Assembly: GCF_000012905.2 (NCBI RefSeq)
Contig: NC_007493.2
Span: forward strand, 30,001-62,000
Source of the DNA: Cereibacter sphaeroides 2.4.1
GTDB lineage: Bacteria > Pseudomonadota > Alphaproteobacteria > Rhodobacterales > Rhodobacteraceae
Reading direction: 5' to 3'
Length of the DNA stretch: 32,000 nt
The translations under genes were made by a program, and so were the position numbers. Position 1 is the stretch's first letter. Each line of letters starts with the position of its first letter. Positions 16,553-27,046 of the stretch are shown here, piece after piece. Under the pieces are notes generated by a model. It saw only the letters and a program-made list of their open reading frames with translations. It had not been told where the DNA came from and did not search any database.

Positions 16553-16798
16553 ATGGCCCAGCGTCTTCACCTCGTCTTCGGGGGCGAGCTTGCCAGCCCC
16601 ACGAAGAATGTCTTCAAGGATGTGAAGGCCATCCATATCGTCGGCATGTTCCCGGACTATGCCTCGGCCTTCGCCGCCTGGAAAGCCGAGGCGCAGCGGA
16701 CCGTCGACGATGCGCATGTGCGGTATTTCATCGCCCATCTCCATCGCCTGCGCGACGAGGAGCAGCCGGCCTCGGCCACCGAGGAACTCGGGAACTGA
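16553..16798 (+). CDS. DUF4170-family small protein
   Basis: 81 aa. LHLVFGGEL..IVGMFPDYASAFAAWKAEAQRTVDDAHVRYFIAHLHRL matches the conserved alphaproteobacterial DUF4170 pattern as I recall it. I recall this family sitting upstream of waaA, which I could not check. Confidence 0.7.
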   Translation: MAQRLHLVFGGELASPTKNVFKDVKAIHIVGMFPDYASAFAAWKAEAQRTVDDAHVRYFIAHLHRLRDEEQPASATEELGN

Positions 16799-16809
16799 CG
16801 CGACACACC

Positions 16810-17997
16810 ATGGCGAACGCCTTCGGCCTCTCGCTCGGGACTGCCTTGCGGCGTGACCCCGCCGAGGGGCCGGTGCGGCCTCAGCGCCCGCTCGGGCGGC
16901 TGATCTGGCTGCATGCGCCGACGCGCGACTCGGCCCGGCCCATGGCCGAGCTGGGCCGGCGGATCATCCTCGACGAGGGCTTTCCGGTACTGCTCACCAC
17001 CCATGTCCCTGTGAGTTCGGGCGGCATCCTCATCGTGCAGCCGCCCCCGCCCGACACGCCAGCCGCCGTCGCGGCCTTCCTCGACCACTGGCGGCCCGAT
17101 GCGGCCTTCATGGCCGAGGGCGAGCTTCGGCCGAGCCTCATCAACTCGGCCTTCGACCGGAACGTGCCGCTCGCGCTGGTCGATGGTGCGGCCCCGCGCA
17201 TCCTGCCCGGCCGCGAGAGCTGGTGGCCGGGGCAGATGCGCAACCTCCTTGCCAAGTTCCGCCACATCTTCACCCTCGACGAGGCCGCCGCCCGCGCCTT
17301 CCGCAAGGCCGGAAGCTCCTCGCACGTCACGCAGGTGGCGGGCCGGCTCGAGGAGGGCAGCCTCGCGCTGCCCTGCACCGAGGCCGAGCGCGCCGCGTTG
17401 GCGCGGCTTCTCGCCCCCCGGCAGGTGTGGCTCGCCGCGGGCCTTCCCATCGAGGAAGAGGCCGCCGCCATCGCCGCGCATCACGCGGCGCTCAAGCTCG
17501 CGCACCGGATGCTGCTGATCGTCGTGCCGCAGGAGCCCGACCGCGCCGCCGCTTTCGCCGCGCGCTGCGAGGCCGAGGGCTGGAAGGTCGCCCGCCGCGC
17601 CGCCGACGAGGAGCCGGACGCCGACACCGAGGTCTTCGTGGCCGACGGCATGGCGGAGCTCGGCCTCTGGTATCGGCTGGCGCCGGTGACATGGCTCGGC
17701 GGCAGCCTCAGCGTGGGCTGCGTGCTGGACCCGCTCGAGGCGGCCTCGCTCGGTTCGGCCCTGATCCACGGCCCCCATTTCGGCCCGCATGGCGCGACGC
17801 TGGCCCGGCTCTCGGCGGCGCGCGCCTCCCTTCCCGTGGCCTCGGCCCGCGGCCTCGCAGAGGCGCTGGCGGATCTGCTCGCCCCGGATCGGGTGGCGCG
17901 GCTGGCCCATGCCGGCTGGGCCGTGGCCTCGGAAGGAACCGAGGTCACCGACCGGATGGTGGCGCTCGCCGGACGCCTCGTCGAGCGGGAGGCCTGA
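16810..17997 (+). CDS. waaA: 3-deoxy-D-manno-octulosonic acid (Kdo) transferase-like glycosyltransferase
   Basis: I use the ATG at 16810. The longer track ORF from 16492 would overlap the DUF4170 gene in another frame. LIWLHAP.., VLLTTH and [21 protein letters not shown] align with KdtA/WaaA. The gene overlaps lpxK by 1 nt. Confidence 0.7.
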   Translation: MANAFGLSLGTALRRDPAEGPVRPQRPLGRLIWLHAPTRDSARPMAELGRRIILDEGFPVLLTTHVPVSSGGILIVQPPPPDTPAAVAAFLDHWRPDAAFMAEGELRPSLINSAFDRNVPLALVDGAAPRILPGRESWWPGQMRNLLAKFRHIFTLDEAAARAFRKAGSSSHVTQVAGRLEEGSLALPCTEAERAALARLLAPRQVWLAAGLPIEEEAAAIAAHHAALKLAHRMLLIVVPQEPDRAAAFAARCEAEGWKVARRAADEEPDADTEVFVADGMAELGLWYRLAPVTWLGGSLSVGCVLDPLEAASLGSALIHGPHFGPHGATLARLSAARASLPVASARGLAEALADLLAPDRVARLAHAGWAVASEGTEVTDRMVALAGRLVEREA

Positions 17998-18995
17998 TGC
18001 GCCCGCCCGCCTTCTGGTTCACCCCGCCGGACAGTCCCGCTCTCGCGGCCCGGCTGCTCGCTCCGCTCGGGCAGGCCTATGCCGCGGCCACCGCGCGCAG
18101 GCTCAGGGCACCCGGCCATCGCGCCGGTGTGCCGGTGATCTGCATCGGCAATCTCAATGCGGGCGGCACCGGCAAGACGCCCACGGCCATCGCGCTGATG
18201 CAGCGGCTCGCGGCGCGCGGGATCGAGGCCCATGTCGTCTCGCGCGGCTATGGCGGGCGGCTCGAGGGGCCGGTCGAGGTCGATGCGCGCCGCCACCGCG
18301 CGGCCGATGTGGGCGACGAGCCGCTCCTGCTCGCGGCCTTCGGGCGCGCCTGGGTTGCGCGCGACCGGGCGGCGGGCGTGCGGGCGGCCGAGGCTGCGGG
18401 GGCGCAGGCGATCCTGCTCGACGACGGCTTCCAGAACCCGTCCGTGGTCAAGGATCTCTCGCTCATCGTGGTCGATGCGGCGGTGGGCTTCGGCAATGGC
18501 CGCTGCCTGCCCGCGGGCCCGCTGCGCGAGCCGGTCGAGGCGGGCCTTGCCCGTGCGGACCTGCTCCTTTCCATCGGCGGGCCCGAGGCGCAGCGGCGCT
18601 TCGCGACCGACTGGCCCGCGTTGCCGGTGCCGCGCCTGACGGGGCGGCTCGCGACGCTCCAGATGGGGATGGACTGGCAGGGCGCGCGGGTGCTGGCCTT
18701 CGCCGGTATCGGGCGGCCCGAGAAGTTCTTCGCCTCGCTCCGCGCCGAAGGCGCCGAGCTTCTGCGCGCCGAGGCGCTCGACGATCACCAGCCCTTGGGC
18801 GAGGCGCTGATGAAGCGGCTCGAGATCGAAGCGATGGCCCTCGGGGCGCAGCTCGTCACCACCGAGAAGGATGCGGTGCGCCTGCCGCCCTCGTTCCGGC
18901 AGAAGGTGCTGACCCTGCCGGTCCGGCTCGAATTCGATGACGCAACGGCGCTCGACGCGGCCCTCGACCGGCTGGGTCTCGCGGCCCGGAGCTGA
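17997..18995 (+). CDS. lpxK: tetraacyldisaccharide 4'-kinase
   Basis: The start overlaps the waaA stop (TGATG). Motifs [34 protein letters not shown] and DDGFQN are present. Confidence 0.9.
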   Translation: MRPPAFWFTPPDSPALAARLLAPLGQAYAAATARRLRAPGHRAGVPVICIGNLNAGGTGKTPTAIALMQRLAARGIEAHVVSRGYGGRLEGPVEVDARRHRAADVGDEPLLLAAFGRAWVARDRAAGVRAAEAAGAQAILLDDGFQNPSVVKDLSLIVVDAAVGFGNGRCLPAGPLREPVEAGLARADLLLSIGGPEAQRRFATDWPALPVPRLTGRLATLQMGMDWQGARVLAFAGIGRPEKFFASLRAEGAELLRAEALDDHQPLGEALMKRLEIEAMALGAQLVTTEKDAVRLPPSFRQKVLTLPVRLEFDDATALDAALDRLGLAARS

Positions 18996-19219
18996 GCGGG
19001 CTGCCTCATTCCGGGCCGTCCTGCCGCTACGGCAGCCGGATCAATGCCGCCGTCTCCTCGATCAAAGACACCGTGCCGCCCGCACGGGCGCGGCCCGAAG
19101 CTGGAGCATCCACCGCGTCCTGCACTCGCGATAAGGACGGATCGGTATCGTCGGCTGCAAGCGGACAACGGGCACCGGGCGGTCGCGCTCCTTGAGAGAG
19201 GAGGCGAGGGACGGCCTGC

Positions 19220-20365
19220 CTAGTCCTGATCCGCCGGTTCGCCCAGCACCTCGGCCCGATGCTCGCCGAGCCGCGGGGCGGGGCGGGCGAGGGCCAGCTC
19301 CGCCTCGGAGAAGCGAAAGGGAGAGCGCACGCCCGGCACGCCGCCGGGGGCGATCTGCATGCCGCGATGGCGGATCTGCGGATCGGCGAAGACTTCGGCC
19401 ATGTCGTTGATCGGGCCCGCAGGCACGCCCTCGGCCTCGCAGGCGGCCAGAAGCTCCGCCTTCCGCCAGCCCGAGGTGACAGCTGTCAACGCGCGCGTCA
19501 GCTCGGCCCGGTTCGCCACCCGGTCGGCATTGGTGAGGAACGCGGGCGCCGTGGCCAGCCCCGGCAGGCCCAGAAGCGTGCAGAGCCTGCGATATTGCGC
19601 GTCGTTGCCGGTCGCGATGATGATCCAGCCGTCGGCGCAATCGAAGACCGCATAGGGCGCGAGGTTCGGATGTTCGTTGCCCATCTTCCGCGGCGCGACG
19701 CCGGTCGCGAGGTAGTTCATCGCCTGATTGGCCATGATGCCCGCGGCCACATCCATCAGCGCCATGTCCACCTGCTGCCCGCGCCCCGTGCCCGCGCGCT
19801 GGTGCAGGGCGGCGAGAATGGCGGTGGCGGCATAGATCCCGGTGAAGATGTCGGTCACCGCCACGCCCACCTTCTGCGGCTGGCCCTCGGCCGCGCCGGT
19901 GACGCTCATCAGCCCCGCCATGCCCTGGATGATGAAATCGTAGCCCGCCCGGTGCGCGTAGGGGCCGTCCTGCCCGAAGCCCGTGATCGAGCAATAGACG
20001 AGCCGCGGGTTCACCTTCTGCAGAGACGGCCAGTCGAGCCCGTATTTCGCGAGCCCGCCCACCTTGAAATTCTCGATCACCACATCGGCATCGGCCACGA
20101 GCCGCCGGACGGTCTCCTGCCCCTCGGGCGTGCGGAAATCGGCCGTCACCGACCTCTTGCCGCGGTTGGCCGCGTGGAAATAGGCGGCCGAGCGGTCGCC
20201 CTCGCGCTCGATAAAGGGCGGGCCCCAGCGGCGGGTATCGTCGCCTTCCGGGGCCTCGACCTTGACGACATCCGCGCCGAGGTCCGCCAGCACCTGCCCG
20301 GCCCATGGGCCGGCCAAAATCCGGGCCAGTTCGACGACCCGGATCCCGGCAAGCGGCGCGCTCAT
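19220..20365 (-). CDS. family III CoA-transferase (CaiB/BaiF family)
   Basis: 382 aa from the ATG at 20365. GIRVVELARILAGPWAGQVLADLGADVVKVE, NRGKRS and VVIENFKVG are family hallmarks. The longer track ORF is rejected. Confidence 0.85.
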   Translation of the reverse strand: MSAPLAGIRVVELARILAGPWAGQVLADLGADVVKVEAPEGDDTRRWGPPFIEREGDRSAAYFHAANRGKRSVTADFRTPEGQETVRRLVADADVVIENFKVGGLAKYGLDWPSLQKVNPRLVYCSITGFGQDGPYAHRAGYDFIIQGMAGLMSVTGAAEGQPQKVGVAVTDIFTGIYAATAILAALHQRAGTGRGQQVDMALMDVAAGIMANQAMNYLATGVAPRKMGNEHPNLAPYAVFDCADGWIIIATGNDAQYRRLCTLLGLPGLATAPAFLTNADRVANRAELTRALTAVTSGWRKAELLAACEAEGVPAGPINDMAEVFADPQIRHRGMQIAPGGVPGVRSPFRFSEAELALARPAPRLGEHRAEVLGEPADQD

Positions 20366-21048
20366 CCCTTGGCGAGCTCCGCGTCGATGATCTTCTTCAG
20401 CTCCTCGTAGCTCATGTTCGAGTGTTTGGTGCCGTTGATGATGAGCGAGGGCGTGGCGGTGATGTCGTCGGCCTGACTGTTCTTCTGGAAGGCCGCGACC
20501 ATCGCCTCGGCCTTGGCCTGATCGTTCATGCAGGCGTCGAGCGCCGCATCGTCGAGCCCTGCTGTCTTGCCGATCTTGCGCAGGTTGGTGGCCACCTGCG
20601 CCGGGTCGTTCGTCACCCATTCCTTCTGCTGTTCGAAGATCAGGTCGGCGATGCCGAAATAGCGCATCTCGCCGCCGCAGCGCGCGACCATCGCGGCCCA
20701 GAGGCCGTAGCGGTCGAAATAGACCTCGCGGAAGGTGAAGCGCACCTTGCCCGTGTCGATATAGTCGCGCTTGAGGGGCGTCAGCACCTCCTTCTCGAAA
20801 TTCGCGCAATGGGGGCAGGTGAAGGAGGCATATTCCACGATCGTGACCGGCGCATCCTCGGCGCCCATGGACATGTCCTCGACCGCCGCCGTGGTCTGGG
20901 CCGCACCGGCTTCCTGAGCCGAGGCCGCCATCGGGGGCAGCTGCGTCTGCCCGGCGTCGCGGCTGCCGTTCCAGAGGGCCACGCCCGCGACCGTCGTGAG
21001 TGCCAGCGCCGCCAGCCCGAGTTTCTTGACCATTCCGTGCCTCTTCAT
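20362..21048 (-). CDS. DsbA-family periplasmic thiol:disulfide oxidoreductase
   Basis: Signal peptide, then FTCPHCANF (CxxC) in a thioredoxin fold. The stop overlaps the CoA-transferase start (ATGA). An alternative start exists at 21033. Confidence 0.85.
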   Translation of the reverse strand: MKRHGMVKKLGLAALALTTVAGVALWNGSRDAGQTQLPPMAASAQEAGAAQTTAAVEDMSMGAEDAPVTIVEYASFTCPHCANFEKEVLTPLKRDYIDTGKVRFTFREVYFDRYGLWAAMVARCGGEMRYFGIADLIFEQQKEWVTNDPAQVATNLRKIGKTAGLDDAALDACMNDQAKAEAMVAAFQKNSQADDITATPSLIINGTKHSNMSYEELKKIIDAELAKG

Positions 21049-21575
21049 GCTTTTGAGCGTGATAGGAAATTCTGGGCGAGCCGTTCGAGGGCCGCCTTCA
21101 GCCCCTCGTCCTGCACCCCGTCCGCGGTCTCGGCCGCCCGCGCCTTGACCGCCGGATCGACGGGCCGCGGCGTCGGGGGCGCGGGATCGAACAGGGCCTG
21201 ACCTTCGGCGAAGCCCGAGGGCGCCGTCTGGGTGAGCGTGATCCGATGGATCGCCGCATAGCCGTAGCAGGCATTCACCCGCTCCTTCAGCGCCGGCAGC
21301 TGCATCTGCACCAGTGGCGCATGGGCCGAGGAGACGAGGATGGTGAGGGTCGCCCCGAAGCCCTCGCGCGCGCCGTAGCCCACCTTCACCGGCCGGGTGA
21401 TCCGCGCGAGATCCTCGCCCGCCACCTCGGGCCAGTGGGTGAGCAGCCGCGTGACCGCAAAGCCCCGCTTTTCGCCGGCCTTGCGGATACGGTCCTGCAG
21501 CAGGCCCGACGCGGCCTCGAACCCGCGCATCCGGCGGTTCGGCTTGGCAGGCGGAGGGGCGGGGGCTCGGGTCAT
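21045..21575 (-). CDS. DUF721-domain protein (DciA-like)
   Basis: 176 aa. The THWPEVAGEDLARITRPVKV..TLTILVSSAHAPLVQMQLPALKERVN pattern fits DUF721. Divergent from mutY. The stop overlaps the dsbA start. Confidence 0.7.
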   Translation of the reverse strand: MTRAPAPPPAKPNRRMRGFEAASGLLQDRIRKAGEKRGFAVTRLLTHWPEVAGEDLARITRPVKVGYGAREGFGATLTILVSSAHAPLVQMQLPALKERVNACYGYAAIHRITLTQTAPSGFAEGQALFDPAPPTPRPVDPAVKARAAETADGVQDEGLKAALERLAQNFLSRSKA

Positions 21576-21656
21576 CTGTTCATTCCTGATCGCGCGCCTA
21601 TCTTAGGCGCCGCGCCGGGGGGCGCCAGAGCCGCGTTGCAGGAGGGAGCATAAAGA

Positions 21657-22760
21657 TTGCGTGACACCGACGAAAGCCCGGACGCCGGGGACATCTCCGC
21701 CCGGCTTCTGGCCTGGTACGACCGGCACGCGCGGGTCATGCCCTGGCGGGTGGGCCCGGCCGAGCGGCGCGCGGGGCACAGGCCCGATCCCTACCGGGTC
21801 TGGCTGTCCGAGATCATGCTCCAGCAGACGACGGTGGCCGCGGTGCGCGATTATTTCCGCCGCTTCACCGACCGCTGGCCGGATGTGGAGGCGCTGGCCG
21901 CCGCGCCGGATGCCGATGTCATGGCCGAATGGGCGGGCCTTGGCTATTACGCGCGGGCGCGCAACCTGTTGAAGGGCGCGCGGGCGGTGGTGGCGCTGCA
22001 CGGCGGACGCTTTCCCGAGACGCGGGACGGTCTTCTCTCGCTGCCGGGGGTCGGGCCCTATACGGCCGCGGCGGTGGCCTCGATCGCCTTCGACGAACCC
22101 GCGACCGTGGTCGACGGCAATGTCGAGCGCGTGGTCTCGCGCCTCTTCGCGGTCGAGACGCCGCTGCCCGCGGCCAAGCCCGAGCTCACGCGGCTCGCCG
22201 CCACCCTCACCCCGCAGGTGCGGCCGGGGGATCATGCGCAGGCGATGATGGATCTCGGCGCCACGATCTGCACGCCGCGAAAGCCCGTCTGCAGCCTCTG
22301 CCCGCTCAGGCCCGATTGCGAGGGCCACCGCGCGGGCCTCGAGGCGGAGCTGCCGCGCAAGGCGCCGAAGGCGGAAAAGCCCGTGCGCGAGGGCAGGCTC
22401 TGGATCGCGGTCCGCGCCGACGGGGCGGTGCTGCTCGAGACCCGGCCCGAGCGCGGGATGCTCGGCGGCATGCTGGGCTGGCCCGGCACCGACTGGGACC
22501 GGAGCGGCGGGCCCGCGGGCGCGCCGCTCGAGGCCGACTGGCGAGAGACGGGGGTCGAGGTGCGCCACACCTTCACCCACTTCCACCTGCGGCTCGAGGT
22601 GCTGGTGGCCCAAGTGGCCGAAGCGGCGCTCCCCGCCCGCGGGAGCTTCGTGCCCCGTGCGGATTTCCGGCCCGCGGCCCTTCCGACCCTGATGCGCAAG
22701 GGCTGGTCCGTTGCCGCAGCGGCGATCCGTCACCCGACCGGGGAGGAGCGACTCGCATAG
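21657..22760 (+). CDS. mutY: A/G-specific adenine DNA glycosylase
   Basis: TTG start 8 nt after GGAGGGAG. Motifs PWR..DPYRVWLSEIMLQQT, LPGVGPYTAAAV, the 4Fe-4S cluster CTPRKPVCSLCPLRPDC, and a C-terminal NUDIX-like domain are present. Confidence 0.85.
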   Translation: MRDTDESPDAGDISARLLAWYDRHARVMPWRVGPAERRAGHRPDPYRVWLSEIMLQQTTVAAVRDYFRRFTDRWPDVEALAAAPDADVMAEWAGLGYYARARNLLKGARAVVALHGGRFPETRDGLLSLPGVGPYTAAAVASIAFDEPATVVDGNVERVVSRLFAVETPLPAAKPELTRLAATLTPQVRPGDHAQAMMDLGATICTPRKPVCSLCPLRPDCEGHRAGLEAELPRKAPKAEKPVREGRLWIAVRADGAVLLETRPERGMLGGMLGWPGTDWDRSGGPAGAPLEADWRETGVEVRHTFTHFHLRLEVLVAQVAEAALPARGSFVPRADFRPAALPTLMRKGWSVAAAAIRHPTGEERLA

Positions 22761-22797
22761 GCTCGCGCGCATCGACAGTAGCAAGTGGAGTTGTGAA

Positions 22798-24069
22798 ATG
22801 GTTTCTGCTCCGGACGTCGTGAAGCCGAACCCGCCACCCATCGCGCATCTCAAGCGCGCGCTGCCCTTCGCGATCCCGTTCGCGACCGTGCCCCTCGCCC
22901 TGATCGGCGCCGCCCAAGGCGGCTGGACGGTCCTGCTGTTGCCCCTGTTCGTCTGGGGGCTCTTCGACCTGCTCGACCTCGCTCTGGGCCCGGACCCGAG
23001 AAACGAGGATCCCGCCACCGAGAAGAAGGACCTGTTCTGGTTCCGGCTCCTTTCCCTGATCTGGGTGCCGCTCCAGCTTCTCACGGTCTTCGGGCTGGTC
23101 TTCCATGTGAGCCACGCGGCCCATCTCGGCCTGATCGAGAAGATCGGCCTCTTCATCGGCATCGGTGCGATGACCGGCAGCGTGGGCCTCGTCCATGCGC
23201 ACGAGCTCATCCACCGCAACAGCCGGCTCGAGCGCGGGCTGGGCGACCTCCTGCTCGCCAGCGTGCTCTACAGCCATTTCCGCACCCTGCATCTCAGGGT
23301 GCACCATCTTCTCGTGGGGACCGCCGAGGATCCCGCGACCGCCCGCTTCGGCGAGGATTTCCCGACCTACCTCCAGCGCGCCCTGACCGAAGGGCACCGG
23401 CGCGCCTGGGAGACCGAGGTGGGCCTTCTCGCGCGCACCGGCCGTCCGCCGCAGGCGCTGAGAAACCCGTTCTGGATCTATGGCGTGCTGCAGTTCGCCA
23501 TGATCGTGGCCGCTCTGGTCCTGGGAGGGGCGCAGGGGCTTCTCCTGTTCCTCGTGCAGGCCTTCGTCGCGGTCTGCCAGCTCGAACTGATGGGCTATGT
23601 CGCGCATTACGGGCTGACCCGCCGCCTCCTGCCCGACGGCACGCCGGAGCCCGTCCAGCCGCATCACAGCTGGAACGCGCCGCAGAAGGCCTCGGGTTGG
23701 CTGCTTCTGAACCTCGGGCGCCATTCGGACCACCATGCCCGGCCCGACCGGCGCTATCCGCTGCTTCAGGCCCTGCCCGCGGCCGAGGCCCCGCAGCTTC
23801 CCCATGGCTACCCGGCGATGGCGGCCATGGCGCTCGTCCCGAAACTCTGGCACCGCCGGATGGACCTGCGCGTGCTCGACTGGCGGCAGGCCCGCTATCC
23901 CGACATCGAGGACTGGACGCCCTACGGTTCGGGCGCGGGAGCCGCCGCCGATGCGGCGCCGCCGCTGCCCGAAACGGTGGCGGCTGAAACCCCGGTCGCG
24001 CCGGTTGTGCCTCCGGCTTCGGAGGTGCCCGAGGCTCCTGCCGCCGAGCGCAGGCCCGAGACGGTGTGA
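22798..24069 (+). CDS. AlkB-type integral-membrane di-iron hydroxylase (alkane 1-monooxygenase / fatty-acid desaturase superfamily)
   Basis: ATG at 22798 follows GTGGAG. Histidine boxes HELIHR, LHLRVHH and RHSDHHA are present, plus GYVAHYGL (HYG motif) and several TM helices. The tail is Pro/Ala-rich. Confidence 0.8.
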   Translation: MVSAPDVVKPNPPPIAHLKRALPFAIPFATVPLALIGAAQGGWTVLLLPLFVWGLFDLLDLALGPDPRNEDPATEKKDLFWFRLLSLIWVPLQLLTVFGLVFHVSHAAHLGLIEKIGLFIGIGAMTGSVGLVHAHELIHRNSRLERGLGDLLLASVLYSHFRTLHLRVHHLLVGTAEDPATARFGEDFPTYLQRALTEGHRRAWETEVGLLARTGRPPQALRNPFWIYGVLQFAMIVAALVLGGAQGLLLFLVQAFVAVCQLELMGYVAHYGLTRRLLPDGTPEPVQPHHSWNAPQKASGWLLLNLGRHSDHHARPDRRYPLLQALPAAEAPQLPHGYPAMAAMALVPKLWHRRMDLRVLDWRQARYPDIEDWTPYGSGAGAAADAAPPLPETVAAETPVAPVVPPASEVPEAPAAERRPETV

Positions 24070-24075
24070 GATCCC

Positions 24076-24100
24076 GGCCCCCGCCGCGCTGGCGGGGGCC
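24076..24100 (+). terminator. GC-rich hairpin downstream of the alkB-like gene
   Basis: GGCCCCCGCC / GGCGGGGGCC form a perfect 10-bp stem with loop GCGCT, starting 7 nt after the stop codon. No U-tract follows. Confidence 0.4.
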
Positions 24101-24140
24101 TCAACCGAACCTTCCCCCGCTGAAGACGAGCGGCCACATG

Positions 24141-24167
24141 AAAAGACCCCGCCGTGAGGACACGGCG
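24141..24167 (-). terminator. putative intrinsic terminator of ccrM
   Basis: The minus strand reads CGCCGTG-TCCT-CACGGCG followed by GGGTCTTTT. It lies about 58 nt downstream of the ccrM stop. Confidence 0.45.
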
Positions 24168-24224
24168 AGGAAGTGGTGCCGCGGCGCAGGACCAGCGGCA
24201 CAGTCGGACGAAATCCGAAAGGGA

Positions 24225-25431
<1,207 letters not shown>

Positions 25432-25433
<2 letters not shown>

Positions 25434-26070
25434 AAGGGCTTATGGAAGCCTCTTGATACAAGATATTGTGGACGGGTTTGAACGAACGCCTATGGTGAGG
25501 GGTCGGGCCAAGATTTAGAAGAGCCTGAAGATGATCCTTCGTCCCGTATCCCGCGTTGGTGCGCCAGCCGTAGCCGGGGTGCTGTTGCTCCAAATCCACC
25601 ATGATCCGGTCGCGGGCGACCTTGGCCACGATCGAGGCCGCGGCGATCGAGAGACAGAGCGCATCGCCCTTCACGATGGCCCGGCAGCGGTGGCCGAGAC
25701 CCTTGGGCACCATATGCCCGTCGATCAGCGCGAAGTCGGGCCGCGAGGGCAGGCCCGCCAGCGCCCGCCCCATGGCGAGGTGGCTTGCCTGAAGGATGTT
25801 GAGCCGGTCGATCTCCTCGACCGACGCATGGGCGATCGAGACCTCGGCCACGGTGTGGATCTCGGCGGCAAGCATCTCGCGCCGCGGGGCGGTCAGCTTC
25901 TTGCTGTCGTTCAGCCCTTCGGGGATGCGTCCGGGGAAGAGGCGCACGGCGGCGGCCGTCACCGGGCCCGCGAGCGGGCCGCGCCCCACCTCGTCGACGC
26001 CGACGACACAGGTGAAGCCTTCGGCAAGGGCGGCGGTCTCGTGGGTCCAGTCGGGGCAGGTGATTTCCAT
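25432..26070 (-). CDS. rnhB: ribonuclease HII
   Basis: 212 aa. The [16 protein letters not shown] catalytic motif, DSKKL and the [10 protein letters not shown] pattern are present. Confidence 0.9.
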
Positions 26071-26157
26071 GCCCGACCATTAGCCCGCCGGCCGGCGGGC
26101 CGGAAGGCGGAAAGAGGCGGTTGGGGAGGCCGCGGCGTGATCCGAGCCTTGCGGGGT

Positions 26158-26188
26158 GGGGGCGGAAGGGGACCGGACTTCCGCCCCC
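26158..26188 (-). terminator. 11-bp perfect GC hairpin downstream of the 26226-26690 ORF
   Basis: GGGGGCGGAAG (26158-26168) pairs with CTTCCGCCCCC (26178-26188) around a 9-nt loop. No U-tract follows. An 18-nt perfect palindrome GCCCGCCGGCCGGCGGGC lies nearby at 26083-26100. Confidence 0.35.
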
Positions 26189-26225
26189 GGGCTGCCGGGC
26201 ATCCGGGGGGAGACGCCCGGGCAGG

Positions 26226-26690
26226 TCAGCTGCGGAAGCCGTTGCGCGCAAGGCAGCCCGCATCGAAGGCGGCGCGGCCGCTGCGCGTGACGATCAGGCA
26301 CTCCCGGGGCAGGTCGCGCAGCACGGGCCGCGGCGGGCCCTCGCGGCGCGGGCCGCGGTCATGATGCTCGGACCAGCGGCGCCAGTCCTCCCAGGCGCGG
26401 CGGTCGTCCCAGGGGTGGTGATCCCCGTGCGCATGCCGTGGCCCGTCGGCGCGATGCCGCGGGACGGGGATCTCCTGCGGCGGCGGATAGATCCGGCCCC
26501 AGGCGGCGGGACGGTCGTGACCCTCGCCGGGCACCACGGGACGGGTCCAGGGCAGGGTGACGGGCCGGTCCCCGGCCGAGACGAAGGGGAGGGGCGCCCC
26601 GGTTTGCGACCATGCCGCCGAGGGCAGCAGGGGGGCCGCGCAGATCAGCGCCGCGGCGAGCGAATGCGGAAGGCGTCCGAACGGGATCAT
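26226..26690 (-). CDS. hypothetical exported protein with a His/Trp/Arg/Asp-rich central segment
   Basis: GAGGA lies 5 nt before the ATG. A signal-like N-terminus (LAAALICAAPLLPSAAWSQ) and strong G/C at codon third positions support coding. I recognise no family. Confidence 0.5.
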   Translation of the reverse strand: MIPFGRLPHSLAAALICAAPLLPSAAWSQTGAPLPFVSAGDRPVTLPWTRPVVPGEGHDRPAAWGRIYPPPQEIPVPRHRADGPRHAHGDHHPWDDRRAWEDWRRWSEHHDRGPRREGPPRPVLRDLPRECLIVTRSGRAAFDAGCLARNGFRS

Positions 26691-26989
26691 GCTGTCCTCG
26701 CTGTTGGGGGCCGCGGCGGGTGGGCCCGCGGCCGGAGTGAAGATGTCCGCCCGGCCCCGAGCGTCGAGGCCGGATGGGCGGTCGAGGCGACGGGGCCACG
26801 CCCGGGTCCGGCGAGCCGGGAGGGCTACAGGAGGCCCGCGTCGGTGCCGTCGGAAGGCCCGGTCGGCAGAGGGCGCCGGACGATGGGGAGAGGCTGGACT
26901 TCGAGGCCCGGAGAGGCAATATCAGCCCGCGGAAAGGGCATGACCGGCCCATGATAGGAGATATCGAAGGCCCGGGACGGGGTCGGACA

Positions 26990-27018
26990 TTGATTATCAC
27001 TCACGCCCTCCCCATGAT
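26990..27018 (+). promoter_or_regulatory. candidate sigma-70-type promoter TTGATT-N17-CATGAT
   Basis: The hexamers lie at 26990-26995 and 27013-27018 in a locally AT-richer stretch, 29 nt upstream of the 27047 ATG (SD GGAG). Confidence 0.35.
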
Positions 27019-27046
27019 CGGCGCAAGAGAAACCCGGAGCAGTTCC

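Noticed and set aside
16492-16809. Long N-terminal extension of the waaA ORF (the track ORF starts at 16492). Similar extensions exist for lpxK (17223), the CoA-transferase (to 20809), kinase 2 (11142) and the two small secreted proteins.
   Set aside because: The extensions overlap well-supported upstream genes in other frames or are Arg/Pro/Gly-rich. Internal ATG or GTG codons with Shine-Dalgarno sequences or ATGA/TGATG coupling give family-typical N-termini.
18996-19219. 224-nt convergent spacer between lpxK and the CoA-transferase gene, examined for an sRNA or terminators.
   Set aside because: I found only a weak 6-bp hairpin (CTGCCG-cta-CGGCAG at 19021-19035) with no U-tract. There are no promoter-like hexamers or conserved-looking structure that I could defend.
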